Below are positions 11,379 to 25,282 of a stretch of DNA of 64,000 nt, piece by piece. The stretch is from Adineta vaga (taxonomy: Eukaryota; Animalia; Rotifera): the NCBI GenBank assembly GCA_021613535.1, contig CP075493.1:10168001-10232000 (forward strand), in the 5' to 3' direction. Position numbers and translations under genes: made by a program. A model generated the notes under the pieces. It was given only the letters and a program-made list of their open reading frames with translations, searched no databases and was not told the DNA's origin. Within the stretch, counting starts at the first letter, position 1; every line of letters starts with the position of its first letter.

Positions 11379-12495
11379 ATGGCGAAACTCAGTAACGAAC
11401 AACAAGAAACGGAACTTGCTCAATCTCCGGACGTGGAATCAATAAATGAAACGACTCAAATTGAACAATCGCATTCGAAATCCCTGATTGAATCTCTTCT
11501 TTTTGCTCAAACTCAAGAGAATGATACGAGAAAAAAGAAGATCAAAACTAATCGTCAAAAAGAGCTAGTAATCCTGTTTGAATAAATCTGATTCTTTTCT
11601 TTGTTCTTCTTCTTTCTCTCTCTCTCTCTAGGAACGTTTAACAAAAGCAACAAAAAGTATATTTAGTTGTTGTGAAGAATTGAATATTATATGTGAACGG
11701 ATTGATTCAATTCTATCAACTCATCGAACAATACTACTTCCTGTTTGTCGTTCACTAGATATACTCAATTCCGGTCGTTTATCTTATGAACAATTTCGAT
11801 TGAGTAATACTAAAACTTTCTAGTTAGTTTTTTTTGTCAAAAAGAACAACTTTCGTTTTATTCATAGTAATCAGAGATTTCTTGCCGGAGATGTCATTAG
11901 AGGATAGTTTTGTTCTTACAAAATTATTTCAAGTCAATGATTCGATTGATTATCGAACAATGTTAGATGACAAATTGAATAGTGGTATCCTACGTTTTAT
12001 TACGCCTTTGTCTGTTCCTCAATCATCAGAAACTATTCTTGAAAAGAGTCCACTCGTACCAAATGACTCGTTACAATTTAATCATTCTAAGTAGCATTAA
12101 TATCTACTGTAATGGAAAATGTTTCTTCTCTTTTTTTCAGATCGAGATATCTAATAGTACATGTTCGTCTGATTACTTTCGATTCCTATGACGCATATCT
12201 CGGTCATGTTCATCTGACTGTTTCTGATCAAATCAGTATTTATACTCTATCAAAGATACTCATTGATGAAACAGATCTAGTTACAAAATCTATTAGTATA
12301 TTTCGTGAAAAAATACAATCACGAAATACTCTTCTTGATCCACAACGTTCACTTGAAAGTTATGGTTACATAGGAGCATATGGAGATGGTACACATCAAC
12401 AACAATTTCCAAAATTTACATTCTATTATGATTTTCTACCAATGCACATTGGTCGTGATTGTCCAATATTGAAATGTGATTATTACATGAAATGA
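11379..12495 (+). CDS. Uncharacterised protein (EF-hand-like middle region; C-terminal FYYDF..DCPILKCDYY)
   Basis: Four exons joined by short GT-AG introns stay in an open frame from MAKLSNEQ to MK*. LDILNSGRLSYEQF resembles a degenerate EF-hand loop. Confidence 0.6.
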
Positions 12496-13800
12496 ATGAT
12501 TGGATTTAGAATATCTCTTCAGTGTGTTACATAAATGAAAGAAAAATAAAATTAACATCATACATAACGGAAATGGTAATGATTAAGAAAATATGCATTG
12601 CTTTTACTTCATTTCTTTTTTTGTTCAATAAAGTCCATTTACTATATAAACTAATTTTATGCAAAGTAGCTATTTGACTTAAGGTAATAGGCAAAGAAAT
12701 GAAAAGGTCGAAGAGTGAAGTTTGCTTCGATCATATTTTGCCTCATGATCAATATGTATTTGTGTTTCTTTACTTAGAAAAATATTTTATACGTAGTAGT
12801 CAACATCGTAAATCGACTTTTTATGGGCTTGAATGCTCAATTACAGTGAATTTTTCATTTTCTACAAGCTAAAAAAAGACTGATTAGATCGTAATCCATT
12901 CTAATCTCTCATTTTTTCATTAGGAGTTTAAAAGAAAGAAAATTACGCAGATAGTGGCAACTAAATCATATTCACAAAGGGCATACATACACACCCACTT
13001 AATATTCATCTTGAATCTTTTTTTTTGGTTTTCTTCGTTCATCATCATATGCTAAATATTCTTTGGATGGTACTAGAAAAACCAGTATTTCAATTATTTG
13101 AGATAGATCAGAGACGGTTGTTGACGATAGAGAGAAACAAAATATTCGATTATAATATATGACGATATTTCTGACCTAACAACAACATTCAAATACTTCT
13201 TAATAATGGCAAGGATGATAAAAACGAAGAATGACATAAGAATGAAAATGATTTGGTTGACATTCATTTCGGCTGTTCTTTCTATTTTCTTTCTACTCAT
13301 CAGACCTCTTATCTATCTGCTCATCCTTTTCCGTTCTTCTATCATGGAATTTATTCGATTGTGTGTAACTCTTCTATTCCGTTCGAATATGATCTGTCTA
13401 CATGCTCAAGAAGACATTCGTCACAGTCAATAATAGTATAGCCAAAGGCAAATAAGAAAAGGTGATGATGATCAGCATCATAATGCCAATAGAGAAAAAG
13501 AGAGACATAGAAACAAACTGAGAGATAGATATAGAGAAAAAGAATGAGCCGAAGTGCCGTCATTGGATTTTCTTTCTCTCTTACTCTCTTCTTCTTTTTC
13601 TTCTTCTCTATGAAAGAAGTTTTCTCTTTCTATACCAGTCGGATACCATTTAAACGATTTCGAGTGCGTTAAATGTTCTTAGAATAATTGATGTCTCAAC
13701 ATACTACTCATGAATGGACATCTATTAATCATAGCAACATGAAAAATTATTGAAGTTCAAAGTCAAACAACAAAACTTACATACTCTGTTTACAAAAAAT

Positions 13801-16080
13801 ATGTCTCGCAGTAACATTCGATCAAATAGCAGCAGACCTTTTTGTAAGTACCATTGTCTTTCATTGCTTCTTTTCTATTCATAAGAAACAAATGATTTGA
13901 ATTTTTTATGACGCATTACATTAATAGTTACTATTCATATATGTTATACTTTTGCCAATTTTATTTTGACATCCATCTATCTTCATTAGAAAATACACTG
14001 TACAACGGCAAGTAAAACTTGATCTATGTCAACTCGATTAGTTAATTCTTATCTTTTCTTTCGATTCTTGTTAGTCGAAGTGTATCAATGTTATGCATGA
14101 GAAAATTTCCATTAGTATTCAGTTTCAAGGAAGCATCTCTAACAAAAAAGAAAGTCTTCGAATGTTTTGTTTTCATCGAATTATAGAACAAGTAAAGCGT
14201 GTTATTACGATCTGATTATCAACTTAGTATCGACCATTATCAAATTATTTATATTAATGAGGTGTCCTCAAATGACAAAGTCATTTTAATTCTGTTGAAA
14301 AGAAGAAAAAAAACTCTTTCCTAGTGACAAATATAGATTTTCATTATGAAACTTCAACCAAGAAATCTTCTCTTTCCTTTGTTTCATAGAAATCAATTAT
14401 TTAAATGGAAAAATCTCTTCTATTTCCTATTTGTGTCTCATACTTATATACCTGTAGTGATCACAGCATGCTAGTTGATTAGCGAAAAAGATCTTTTTTT
14501 TTTGTGAAAAGCATGCTTAAGAATAGAATCATACACTACATGCTGTTATACTATTACAATAACAAGTTTCCATCTTTGCTCCAGTCGATCACGTATAGCT
14601 TGCAAAGACTTTTGCATCTTTACTATCGTTTCTAATTTGATCAATGATGAAATGAATAATATAACACATTTAACCTTAGCAAAAAAGAGAAAGAAAGAAA
14701 AACAAATTGATAATCATGTCGATAAGAATTTTCTCCAGATGCAAGTATAAGAGTACTGAGGGAATACAACAAAAAAAAACAACATATGAATAACATGAAA
14801 ACAAAATTCTCTTTTTGATGTCATCATTTTCCTTTTCCTGTTTCATTTGACTTCATCTCTTCATCAATTTAGATCGAGTTAAAGTTGTCAATGGCATGTG
14901 TTCAACAACATCCATAGATGAAATTGAAAATATTCATCTACTCAACGTTCTCAATTGGTCACCTTTCGAAGATTCAAATATCAATAAATCATCAACAACA
15001 ATTAAAGATGATAATGATTCTAAGTTAAAGAACTCTTACAATGCCGTACAACTTTCAATTGAATTACAAAAGAAAATGTTAAAGTAAACAAACATCACTA
15101 AGATTTTTTTTTCATATTGTTTTATTTAGTTTAAAATCTTTATTTGTTGATTCATCTGGTCATCTTGTAAACTATTCACAACTACGTTCAAGTAGTGTTT
15201 ACAATGATTTATGTGACATGGCGAAATATTTAACGACAATCAATCTTGATAATGTCACTGAAAATGAAAGAAAAACGTTTTTTATCAGTAATTATCAATA
15301 GATATCGATTTTTTGCTTGTAGAAGAGAAATACTTTCGTTTTTAGATCTTTATAATGTCTTGACCATTCATGGGATTGCATCGTTAAGTGATTTACCAAA
15401 ATCTACTTTTGATTTAAATCAATTCTGGAAAACGACAGCTTATAAAATCGGTCCACATATTTATTCATTAGATGACATTGAACATGGCATCTTACGCGGT
15501 TCGAAAAACTTCACATGTTTCATATAAATTCATAAACAAGAGAATGTCTGCTTTTTTAGGTAACAAACCTCATTCAAATTGTACTCAACGACATTTTACA
15601 TATAATGATCCTCGTACAAGATATTGCATGCGTCGTTGTGATCCACGTATTCATTTTGCATTGAACTGTGGAGCACGATCATGTCCAATCATATCTATTT
15701 ACTCATCAACAAATCTTGAAAAAGCTTTGAATATGTCAACAACATCATATTGTAATGCAGAAATCGATATTATTCCTCAAAATGCTGAAATTCATTTATC
15801 GAAAATCTTTCTTTGGTATAAAACTGATTTTGGACGTACAGAATCAGAAGTGCTACGGTAAGTTTTCCATTCATTTCATCTTCTTAATCACGTGTAATAT
15901 TTGAATTTTAGTTGGATTGCAAATTATATTGACGAACCAAAACAATCATTACTGAAAACTGTACTAGAACAACATGGAACCAAAGATGGTATACAAATTT
16001 CATATAAAATCTATGATTGGATGTTGAATAATCATGATGGTTTAATATCGAGTACGACTAATGTCAATCTTTGTCAATAA
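13801..16080 (+). CDS. DUF547-domain protein
   Basis: LYNVLTIHG..YKIGPHIYSLDDIEHGILRGN..DPRIHFALNCGARSCP..LSKIFLWYKTDFG..YDWMLN are DUF547 motifs. Exon 1 (13801-13843) splices in frame over a ~1 kb intron to 14873. Stop at 16078-16080. Confidence 0.88.
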
Positions 16081-17060
16081 AATGATGATTGTTAACATTT
16101 AGTTCTTGAACTTGTACTGATAAGAAAAGAAAGACAGTTTATTTTTTGTTTTGTGAAGAATAATAATAAAAAAGGACGAAAAACAAAGAGTGAAAATGCA
16201 AGGAAATAGCCAACATCAAACATTACAATAAAATGAATTATGTTTGTGATGTGTCTATGTATGATTCTTTCAACATTTAATAGTTGAAAGAATACAATAT
16301 TAGTCAAGCTATCTGAAGCTTGTGGCCAAAAATATAGATGAAACTATAATAGATCTTGTTTCGATTAAGTAGAAAATGATGAACAAAACCTTGTTTCGTA
16401 ACATGATTTTTGATTGCTTGACATACAGGAAGGTGTTCATCATTCGACTGATCGTCACAGACCTGATTTAAAATAATTAAAAATCGTATGATCATCCTGG
16501 AGCTCGTTTACAAGGAATCTAATGGTGAGAATAGTCAACTGAACGAATATCTTGTGATTCTACAATTTTATATAAATATACAACAGCGATCTGACTAAGA
16601 TATTGCTGTATTATCAAAACAGAACAAAATGGCACCTCAAAAGCAAAAAGAATTCAAGATTTAAATGAATATCTTTACATATGTTTTATTATGATCGAAG
16701 TGTGATGCAGTCGGTGAAAAACAGACGACGTGTGTTCGAAATGGAAAAGTGATTAATTTCAAATCTGAAGAATTTATTAGTTACTTGTTTCACGAGATTG
16801 TTTCGTCTAATGTAAAATAGAAACTCTCATTCCCATGTGAATTCAAGCATGATAGTTATCTTTGTAATTTTTACGAAACAACAGATTAAAACAATAAAAA
16901 AATATTCGCAACGAGTCTTCTCATATACTTGGTACACCTATTACCGACATATTGTATCAATGAGATCAAAAATAGTAGCGTCATTTTCTAATTTAAGTGA
17001 CGATTCAGAGTGTCAAAAAAGATGAATTTCAAAATGCAGTTATTTATTCCACTTCATCTG

Positions 17061-18108
17061 TTATCTAATTGGAAAGATCTCTTCTATTTTCTATTTTTGT
17101 CTCATACTAATATACCTGTGGTGATCACAGCGTGTTAGTTGATTAGCGAAAAAGATCTTTTTTTTGTGAAAAACATGCTTAAGAATAGAATCATACACTA
17201 CATGCTGTTATACTATTACGATAATAAGTTTCTATCTTTTCTATTTTCATCTTTATTATCGATTCTAATTTGATCAATGGTGAGACGAATAATATTACAC
17301 ATTTAGCCTTAGCAAAAGAAGAAAGAGAGAAAGAAAGAACAACAAATTGATAATCGTGTCGATGAGAATTTTCTCTAACTGCAAATATAAAAGCACCAAG
17401 AGGATGCAAAGAAAAACAACATATAAATAACATGAAAACAAAATTCTCCTCTTGATCTCATCCTTTTTCTCTTTCTGTATTCTTCAAAGATTTAAATACT
17501 AGTAAATCATCAGCAACAATCAAAGATGATAATGCCACCGGAAACGAACGAAAAATGTTTTTTATCAGTAATTATCAATCGATATCGAAAGATTCGCTTG
17601 CAGAAAAGAAACGTCTTCATTTTTAGATCTTTATGTCTCGATCATTCATGAAATTGCATCGTTAAGTGATTTGCCGAAATCTATTATTGATTTGAATCAA
17701 TTTTGAAAAGCAACAGCTTTACTTATGAAATTTATTTTGCGTTGAATTGTGGAGTACGATCATATCTATCTGTTCATAAACAAATATTTAAATTCAGAAG
17801 TGTTGAACTATAATATTCGATATTATCGATTATAAGTTGTATTGATAGATTATATTTATAACGTTAGGATGTCGAGTACAGTTAATGTCAATTTTTATCA
17901 ATGTAAAATTATGATTGTTAACATTTCATTCTTGAACTTATGATGATAGGCGAAGAGTCATATTAAACAGGAAGAACAGTGTACGATATTATCAAATAAA
18001 GAACAAAGGAATGATTTATTTCAGAAATCGAAAAAAAAGGTGAAAATGTAAGGAAAGAGACAACATCAAACATTACAATAAAATGAATTATTCTTTTGAT
18101 ATGTGTAT
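17061..18108 (+). pseudogene. Eroded tandem duplicate of the DUF547 gene (copy of ~14397-16260)
   Basis: Colinear similarity to the parent's intron 1, coding remnants and 3'UTR. It lacks exon 1, has a TGG>TGA stop at 17704-17706 and carries several internal deletions. Confidence 0.9.
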
Positions 18109-18362
18109 ATTTTTGTGGAAGGTCAATATTGATATTTCAACTATCACAAACGGCGATAGATAATGATAATATTTTTGATATGTAAAATTTTTTCATTATT
18201 AAATATTCGCATCTGACTACTCACAAAAACAAAGAATGGAATATCTATCTTCATAGAATTTACCAGAGGTATAATGATATGTAAAGGAGCCAAAAAAATG
18301 GAATCAAATGAAACAACATTCACCGGTGGGGTTAACACTATTAGAATACGTACGAACTAATT

Positions 18363-20340
18363 TTAATCATATGCACTTAAACCTTCTTGACTATGAGAAA
18401 ACGAATTATTAACCATCATAATTGGTTCTGTTAAATATTGTTGATCTGTTGTTGATTTAATAGCTCGATAATGTAGTTCATCTGTTGTTGTACTTTCTTT
18501 TAATGGTAAGATTTCATTCGGTATATCAACGAGACAATGAAAAATATCGTATGAAGGTGATAAAATACGTTTTTCGAAAAGACTTTTAGCTAATTGAGAC
18601 ACAATCAGTATTGTTGCCAAACTTATAAGCATGCATAAACTTTTCGGTGGAATATATGGACCAAAATGAATTGTTGCTGGAATACCTACTAATGGTTCAC
18701 CAATTAGAAATCGAAAGACAAAACCAGTAATATATGCTGCTAATGAACCATACGTATTTGTGTGTGGAACATAAACAACACAAAGTAATTGAGGAAACAA
18801 TATGACATAAACAAGATCCGAACTTAAATACCAAAGGACATAAATTGATGAAACGAGAATACCTATTCCAGCAGCTCCAATTCCAACAAGAAATATTCCG
18901 ATACGCATGACAAGTAAGACTTCTCTCTCAGATGCCTAGAGTATTTACAATGTTATAAGATGATATTGAAAGAAAAGAATACATACTTGATCACGAAAAA
19001 CAAGTTTCCAGATATTACGAGCAAACATCGAACTAGCACTGAGTACACTTGAATCAGCACTAGACATAACTGCAGCAGAAACGGCACCTAAACCAATGAA
19101 TCCAATAAATTTTGGACATAAATGTAATAGAACTAATGGTAGAATTAATTTTGCTGCTTCAGGCGAATGAATATCTTTGTTAATGTCATAATCTGTCATA
19201 TTCCAATCTAGGAACAAGAAAAAATATATTAGTATGAATATCGATGAATATTTTTCTACAAACCGGTTGATTTTGCAATCGCTCCGATGAGTACAGGTGG
19301 AATTGCCAAAACGATACATCCCACTGCAGCACAGAAGGATAGATACATTGCCTTTTTTGCTGATTTTGCTGATAGAACACGTTGAAAATATACCTAAAAG
19401 CCGTAGAACAGAAGAAAGTGATTAGATTAATTCATCGCAATGTTTGTAGCATGCAATAACACACAAAAAGAAAGCTAATATGAAAAGACGTCTTGATAGT
19501 CACGCAAAACAAAACAAAGAAGGATTTTGATTTACCTGCCATGGTATTCCACCAAAGATTAAGAGTAACATACTATCTGTCCATTCTACCATTTGTGATT
19601 TCTCAAGATGTCCACGCCATTCAGGCCATGTTAACCTGATATCACCCACACTTTTATGACTCATAGCAAATGGAACAGCAACCCATAGGCCAACGAAAAT
19701 GAATCCAAGTTGAACAACATCTGTATAAGCTACCGAATATAGTCCACCGAAGAGAGTATAAATGATCACAACCGCAGCTAGAAATAGTTTGAAATCATCA
19801 ATTATCTCATTCCTACATTAACATCTTGAAAAATGATTCACCTGACAAAATAATTGATGCTGTTATTGAAACATCGGTGAAAATGACACTAATTGTTGCT
19901 CCTAATGCTGATAGAATAGCTGCTGACCAAAAGACTTCTCCAAGTAGTGCTGGAATAAATAATAATCCACCCATTCGTTGTCCATATTTACGTTGAAATG
20001 GATCGAGCATAGTAACATATCCAGCATCACGCATCGGTTGGGCAAATAATAATCCTCCAATAACTAAACTAATAGCATAACCAATTGGTGCTTGACAAGC
20101 AAGAAGACCAGTAGAAAAAACTTGTTCAGCCGTCCCATTGATATAAGCTCCTCCCACCCAAGTTGCTGTCATTGTAAAAATTCCAACTAATAAACCGATA
20201 TTTCTTCCAGCTAACATAATCTCTTCGGTATCGGGTGTTTTTTCCGATGATTTTTGTTTTCGTCCAGCCCATATTCCAACAATTAAAATTAGAACATAAA
20301 AAACAATAACGGCTGCAAGACCACCAAGATGTACACTCAT
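18363..20340 (-). CDS. SLC5A7: High-affinity choline transporter 1 (SSS family)
   Basis: [101 protein letters not shown]. Confidence 0.95.
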
Positions 20341-21838
20341 TGTCTAAAAAATGATAAAATCCGTTCTTTCTTTAACATCGGAAAAAGAAAACTGAAGGAA
20401 TAGTATCTTCTAACCGGAAGTTTCTTTTGCCAATAGGAAATTAATTGAGAGAGGGTATAGATGAATAGAGAAAAAAAAATGGTGAAGTATCATAGAAAGA
20501 TAATGGTATTCAAAAACGAGAATAACATTATTGTTTAATGTCATTCAAAGTTCTCCTTTTTTTTGCCTTCTTCTCTTCTTCTTTTTTCCTCTGCTCCTTC
20601 TCTCTTTTCAACTGAATCACATAAATTTTTCTTGCCAATTAATTTTTTTCTAAAAAAATTACAGACAATAAACTTACGGACGAGTTGATCGTATATTTGT
20701 ATTTTACGGGTTGATGTTTGTTCCCGTTTCTGTTTCTCTCTATCTCAATTCTGTTTCTATTACAATGAACATCATATTAGTTTCTTTGTCGCTCGATATT
20801 TTCCTTTTTTTTTCTTTTTCTTTAACTTCTTCTATCAAAATGCATGCACTGCGCGGTTTAACGAGGAAGATTTTGCCTTGGAACAGTAACTAGACAATTC
20901 ATTTATTTGATTATAGATATATATATTCCATAAGAACATCGTCGAGATTAGACCGAAAAAACACGATTTGTTTTTCGATAGTTCTGTTCATGCATTCACT
21001 GAGAAAGAGGAATGAGCAGGCGTTTTTCTTCTATCTCTTTTTTTTCTCTCTTAATGATACCATGTCAGCCGAGATTGAGCACGGTTGGAATGACAATCAT
21101 CGTTCCAAAGATAGGCTAGATGTGACAAGGGAATTCGATAGAGAAAAAAAGAGAAAAAAATATAGATAGATGAATAGACAGAAGATTTTTCTACTTCCTT
21201 CTTTTGAAAAAAAAACAAACAAAACCATTCAGAGATATATAAGTAGTGAATGTCATGATTATTGTTACGATACATTTCGATTTAGCGATTAATCTTAAAT
21301 CTTCTTCTTACCGCGATGAAATTGAAACCTAAGAAAAACATGTCGTTCTGATCTGTTTATTGAAGCAAATAAAGTTGATTCATTCGAAACAACATCGTTG
21401 TTTCGAATTAGTATGAAGAAAAAAATCATTGATATAAAATTATTAGCACAATTATGTTTCATAGATTCAGAAAAGATAGCTAATCTTTCGTCATCGACGA
21501 TGTACATGCATGAGAGAATGAAAAAAGCTAAATAATGACCTGTTAACTGTTGCATAATTTGAAACTAGCAGCCCATTATTTATGATAATGATAGCTGATG
21601 ATGTTAATAACAAATAATAACGTTTGCTTCTTTCTCTTTTTTTTTGATGAGATAGATCATCGGAATTTGTACTAGAAGAAGTTCTCTTTTAATTATATGA
21701 ATAGTTGTGAAAGATATCATTTCGTATTGCTATAGGATCTCGATAATACTTTCGTTTTATTTGAATAAAAAAAAATCGTATCGTTGATTGTATAACTTAC
21801 TAAAAGTTAATTAAAAACAAAAGAAGTGAAATTATAAA

Positions 21839-24800
21839 TTACGTGGATGAATCTTGAGTACTAATTACATTTAACAAAGTAAGTGGTAAGTCATGTAAAG
21901 TAAGTTTATTATCAATTACAACATCGATAGTACCTGTTAAAGATAAAGGAATCTTGCCAGCTAATAGAGGTGTTAGAAGAGACACCATTGTTGCTAATTT
22001 TGCTGTAATTTTAACATCAATGTACTCTGTTAAAACTTCGGCAAAAGGACCAATATCGATACGCTGATTATCAGTAACAGTGCCAACTTGTTTATCTTCG
22101 TTTAATTCAGCACCATAATCTGCTCTGACATTAATTCGTGTCACAGCTAATGTTGAACTAAATGGGTTTTTCAATACAAGACGTGTCGAAAGTGTTTTGA
22201 CAGTACCAAGTGGAATACCAAGTATTTGTAAAGCGCTTAGTTTTTTCAAAAGAACTTCTCGAACAAGTGTTCTGTCACCATAAAGGCCAGGAGCTGTTGC
22301 CTGAATCTGTAAACCAGCAATAGCTGTCGATAATAGAGGAACATTTGTTCCTACTGAATTATTTGGTAATATTCCATGTAATTCTACATCATTATCTATT
22401 CCACATATCATACGAGAAATAAATTGTCGAGCTACATCAGTATTTTTAGGTGTGATAGTAAATGTTCCTGTTGCATTTAATATTGTACTATTCCCTTTAG
22501 GATCAAGATAAAATGGATCGATAATAACTAAACCAAGAGAAGTTCCACTAGTTTTATCACGTAAGTCAAGCGAAAGACGACCACCATCAAGAATATTAAC
22601 AACCGATGGATTAGTCATTTTTGTTGTTATATGAAGTGCTAGTTCATTGGACGAGATTGCTCCTGTTAGATCAATCTCATCAATATGTAAAAGTCCATTA
22701 GCAAATCGATCATAACCCGTCAAAATAAGAGTATCACTTACTGGAATATCCGTTAAAGTAATATTACCAATTCGAACTTCTGCTAATGCTGTAGCTAAAC
22801 CATTAATTGTTACTGATACACTTTTTTTCAAAACAAGATCAGCAGCAAATGCTTGAAATGATGTTCTATCTAATACAATAAGTTCTTGTTTAAAAAAATT
22901 CATCGAAAGCTCATTAGTTGTTTGATTATGTTGAACAGGCAAATCATGAAGTATCATTTGACCCATATTAGGTCCATTATTAAAACGCATCATATAATCA
23001 ATACTTGTTGTTAAGGCTTTGAATGTCATGTGAACATTTGATGGTAATTCAAATAAAACAGATAATTCACCTGTCACATAAACTCTACTAACGTTTGCTC
23101 GATCAAATTCAATACCAAAATCTAATACTTCAACTCGACGAATTAATTGTGTTTGTATGCCATCAAGATCTGCTTCTATAGAAAGACCACTGATCGTTAA
23201 ATCCATACCAGTAGGATTTTCACTTGTAGATAAATCATGAAACAAGGTTACTGATTGTATTTGATTATTGAGATATGCAGAAAAAAAATTACCAACAACA
23301 GGTAAATCACTTTCTTCTCTTGGAACAAGTAGACTAAAACGAAGAATAATTATAATCAAATAAAAATATTCATTGGTAATTATACAAACCCGTAAAGCAT
23401 CATATTATTACTGCCTGGTGTCAGAGCTAGGATATCAATTGGTACATGACCAATAACTGTTCCAGTATCAGTATCAGCCATTAAAAGTTCAAATTTTTCC
23501 AGTCGAACATCAGTCACACCAGAATTTCCAATCGTTACATTGATAGAAATTCGAAGAGCATTATTAGTTTCTCCGTCGACTGTGATGGCATGCACACGCA
23601 CATCACTAAGACCTTCAAGACCAACTAACGAAACATCATTCGAAATAGAAATACCATTACTATTCAAAGCACCAAGAGCGAATGAACCAGTAATAGATGC
23701 GATGCCAACAACACGAAAATGAATCTGATCAGTTTTATTTGCATTGATGAAATTTTGAGCAAACTTCTCATAAGCTTTTCCCGTACCACTAATTAATAAA
23801 TATCTGTCATTGAATGCTGATTCAAATGTAATACTATCTATTTGTTTTACTGCTGCTTCAGAAACATTTAACATGCCAACAGGATTATTATCATAATAAA
23901 GAAAAACACCCATGTCCATTGTTTGAATTTGAAGTGGAGATTGTTGGCCAAGAGGTGAATTGATTTTAAAAGTAATCGATGCTGATAATTTGACTTTCTT
24001 TTCAGTTGCTGATGGAATAAGTGACATCGAATTGAATATCAATGAAGGAATTAATTGCTCATCAAAAGTTGGCATTGGAACAATCAATGAGAGACCTTTC
24101 ATACCATTGGCAAGTAAAGAATACGAAGTAGCATTTGGTCCAGCTACTGCACCGACTCGACTCGTTTTACCTATGAGAAAATTTTCGATAACATCAGAAA
24201 GAGCTTTATATGCTTCAGGAGATTTTGATTGTAATTCACCAGAAAACGGTACCGCATTTGCACCAGAATGTAAAGTTATATTACTATCAATCGAATTAAC
24301 ATAACCAATCGTTTGATCATTATAACGTAAAGAAAAGTGTAATGCACCTATACGAAAAGAAAATGAGGTTAGAGAAACAAATTAGCGAAAGATTTCTTTT
24401 ACCAAGATCAATGTTAAATATTGATGGATTACCAATTTCGATAATAATATCCACAAAAATATGTTTTGCAGTCGATCGACGAAGATCAACTGTTTTAATA
24501 CTTACATTTTGAAGACCATTTAAAGCATTGAGTGTTACTTTTTTATTAAATGGAATATTCGAATAAGTAGGCATTACGGTCGATATCGGTTGAATCGATG
24601 CTTTTGCTGTTAAATGCCATACAACACTGGATTCAAATATAAGCGAACGAGTGAAATTATTAAAAGCTCCAAGATTAGATACAACAAATGGCGAATCAAT
24701 GGGAATGATAGTCGGTTGATCACCATCTCCAGTAATCTTGATCGATTGTTCATTTCTTACAACTCCAACATCATCAACATTGATGATAAGTGGTGAAAGA

Positions 24801-25282
24801 ATTGTTGCTGGAATTGATCCAGTACGAGATAATTCTAATTCAGCTCGTAGACGAAAACTATCATTTTTAATATCTTCAATATTAATCGATCGAAAAGATA
24901 ATTCAGTTTTTTCAATCGTTGAACGAACAATCGCTGGAACAATAACATAGAGTACAATTATAATGCTAAGAAGAATTATAAGTAAAGCAATAGCAATACA
25001 TAAAAGAATAAATAATTTTCGACGCATTTGAAAACCTTCAAAACGACCACACATTGTACAAAGTGTTACTTTTTTCGATGATGATTTTATCGGTCTATCC
25101 AGCCAATCTATTTCGTCGTCTTCATTAGATGATGATACTAATTCTTGTTTGTCATTAGATGTCTTCAAATTAGTTTTTACATAATCCTCGGCAAAGTCTC
25201 CAGTAAAATCACCAGCATTGCTACTAGATGTTTTAATGTAAGCTACAGACTGATCTGAAGAATCAGATTTTTTTTTACCCAT
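21839..25282 (-). CDS. Single-pass type II membrane protein with repeated DUF3712/LEA-2-like beta domains (fungal Tag1-like), 1110 aa
   Basis: Three exons (introns 24348-24402 and 23334-23389) give 3333 coding nt in frame. Basic RRK then a TM helix, VPAIVRSTIEKTELSF, and repeated NPS..I.LG / F..F / V.L.G..G units typical of DUF3712 proteins. Confidence 0.75.

Noticed and set aside
13094-13563. Overlapping hydrophobic short ORFs on both strands upstream of the DUF547 gene
   Set aside because: No consistent splice model or recognisable motif; the hydrophobicity is explained by T/C-rich composition.
16304-16560. Possible exon remnant on the minus strand between the DUF547 gene and its copy
   Set aside because: No start, partner exons or recognisable homology.
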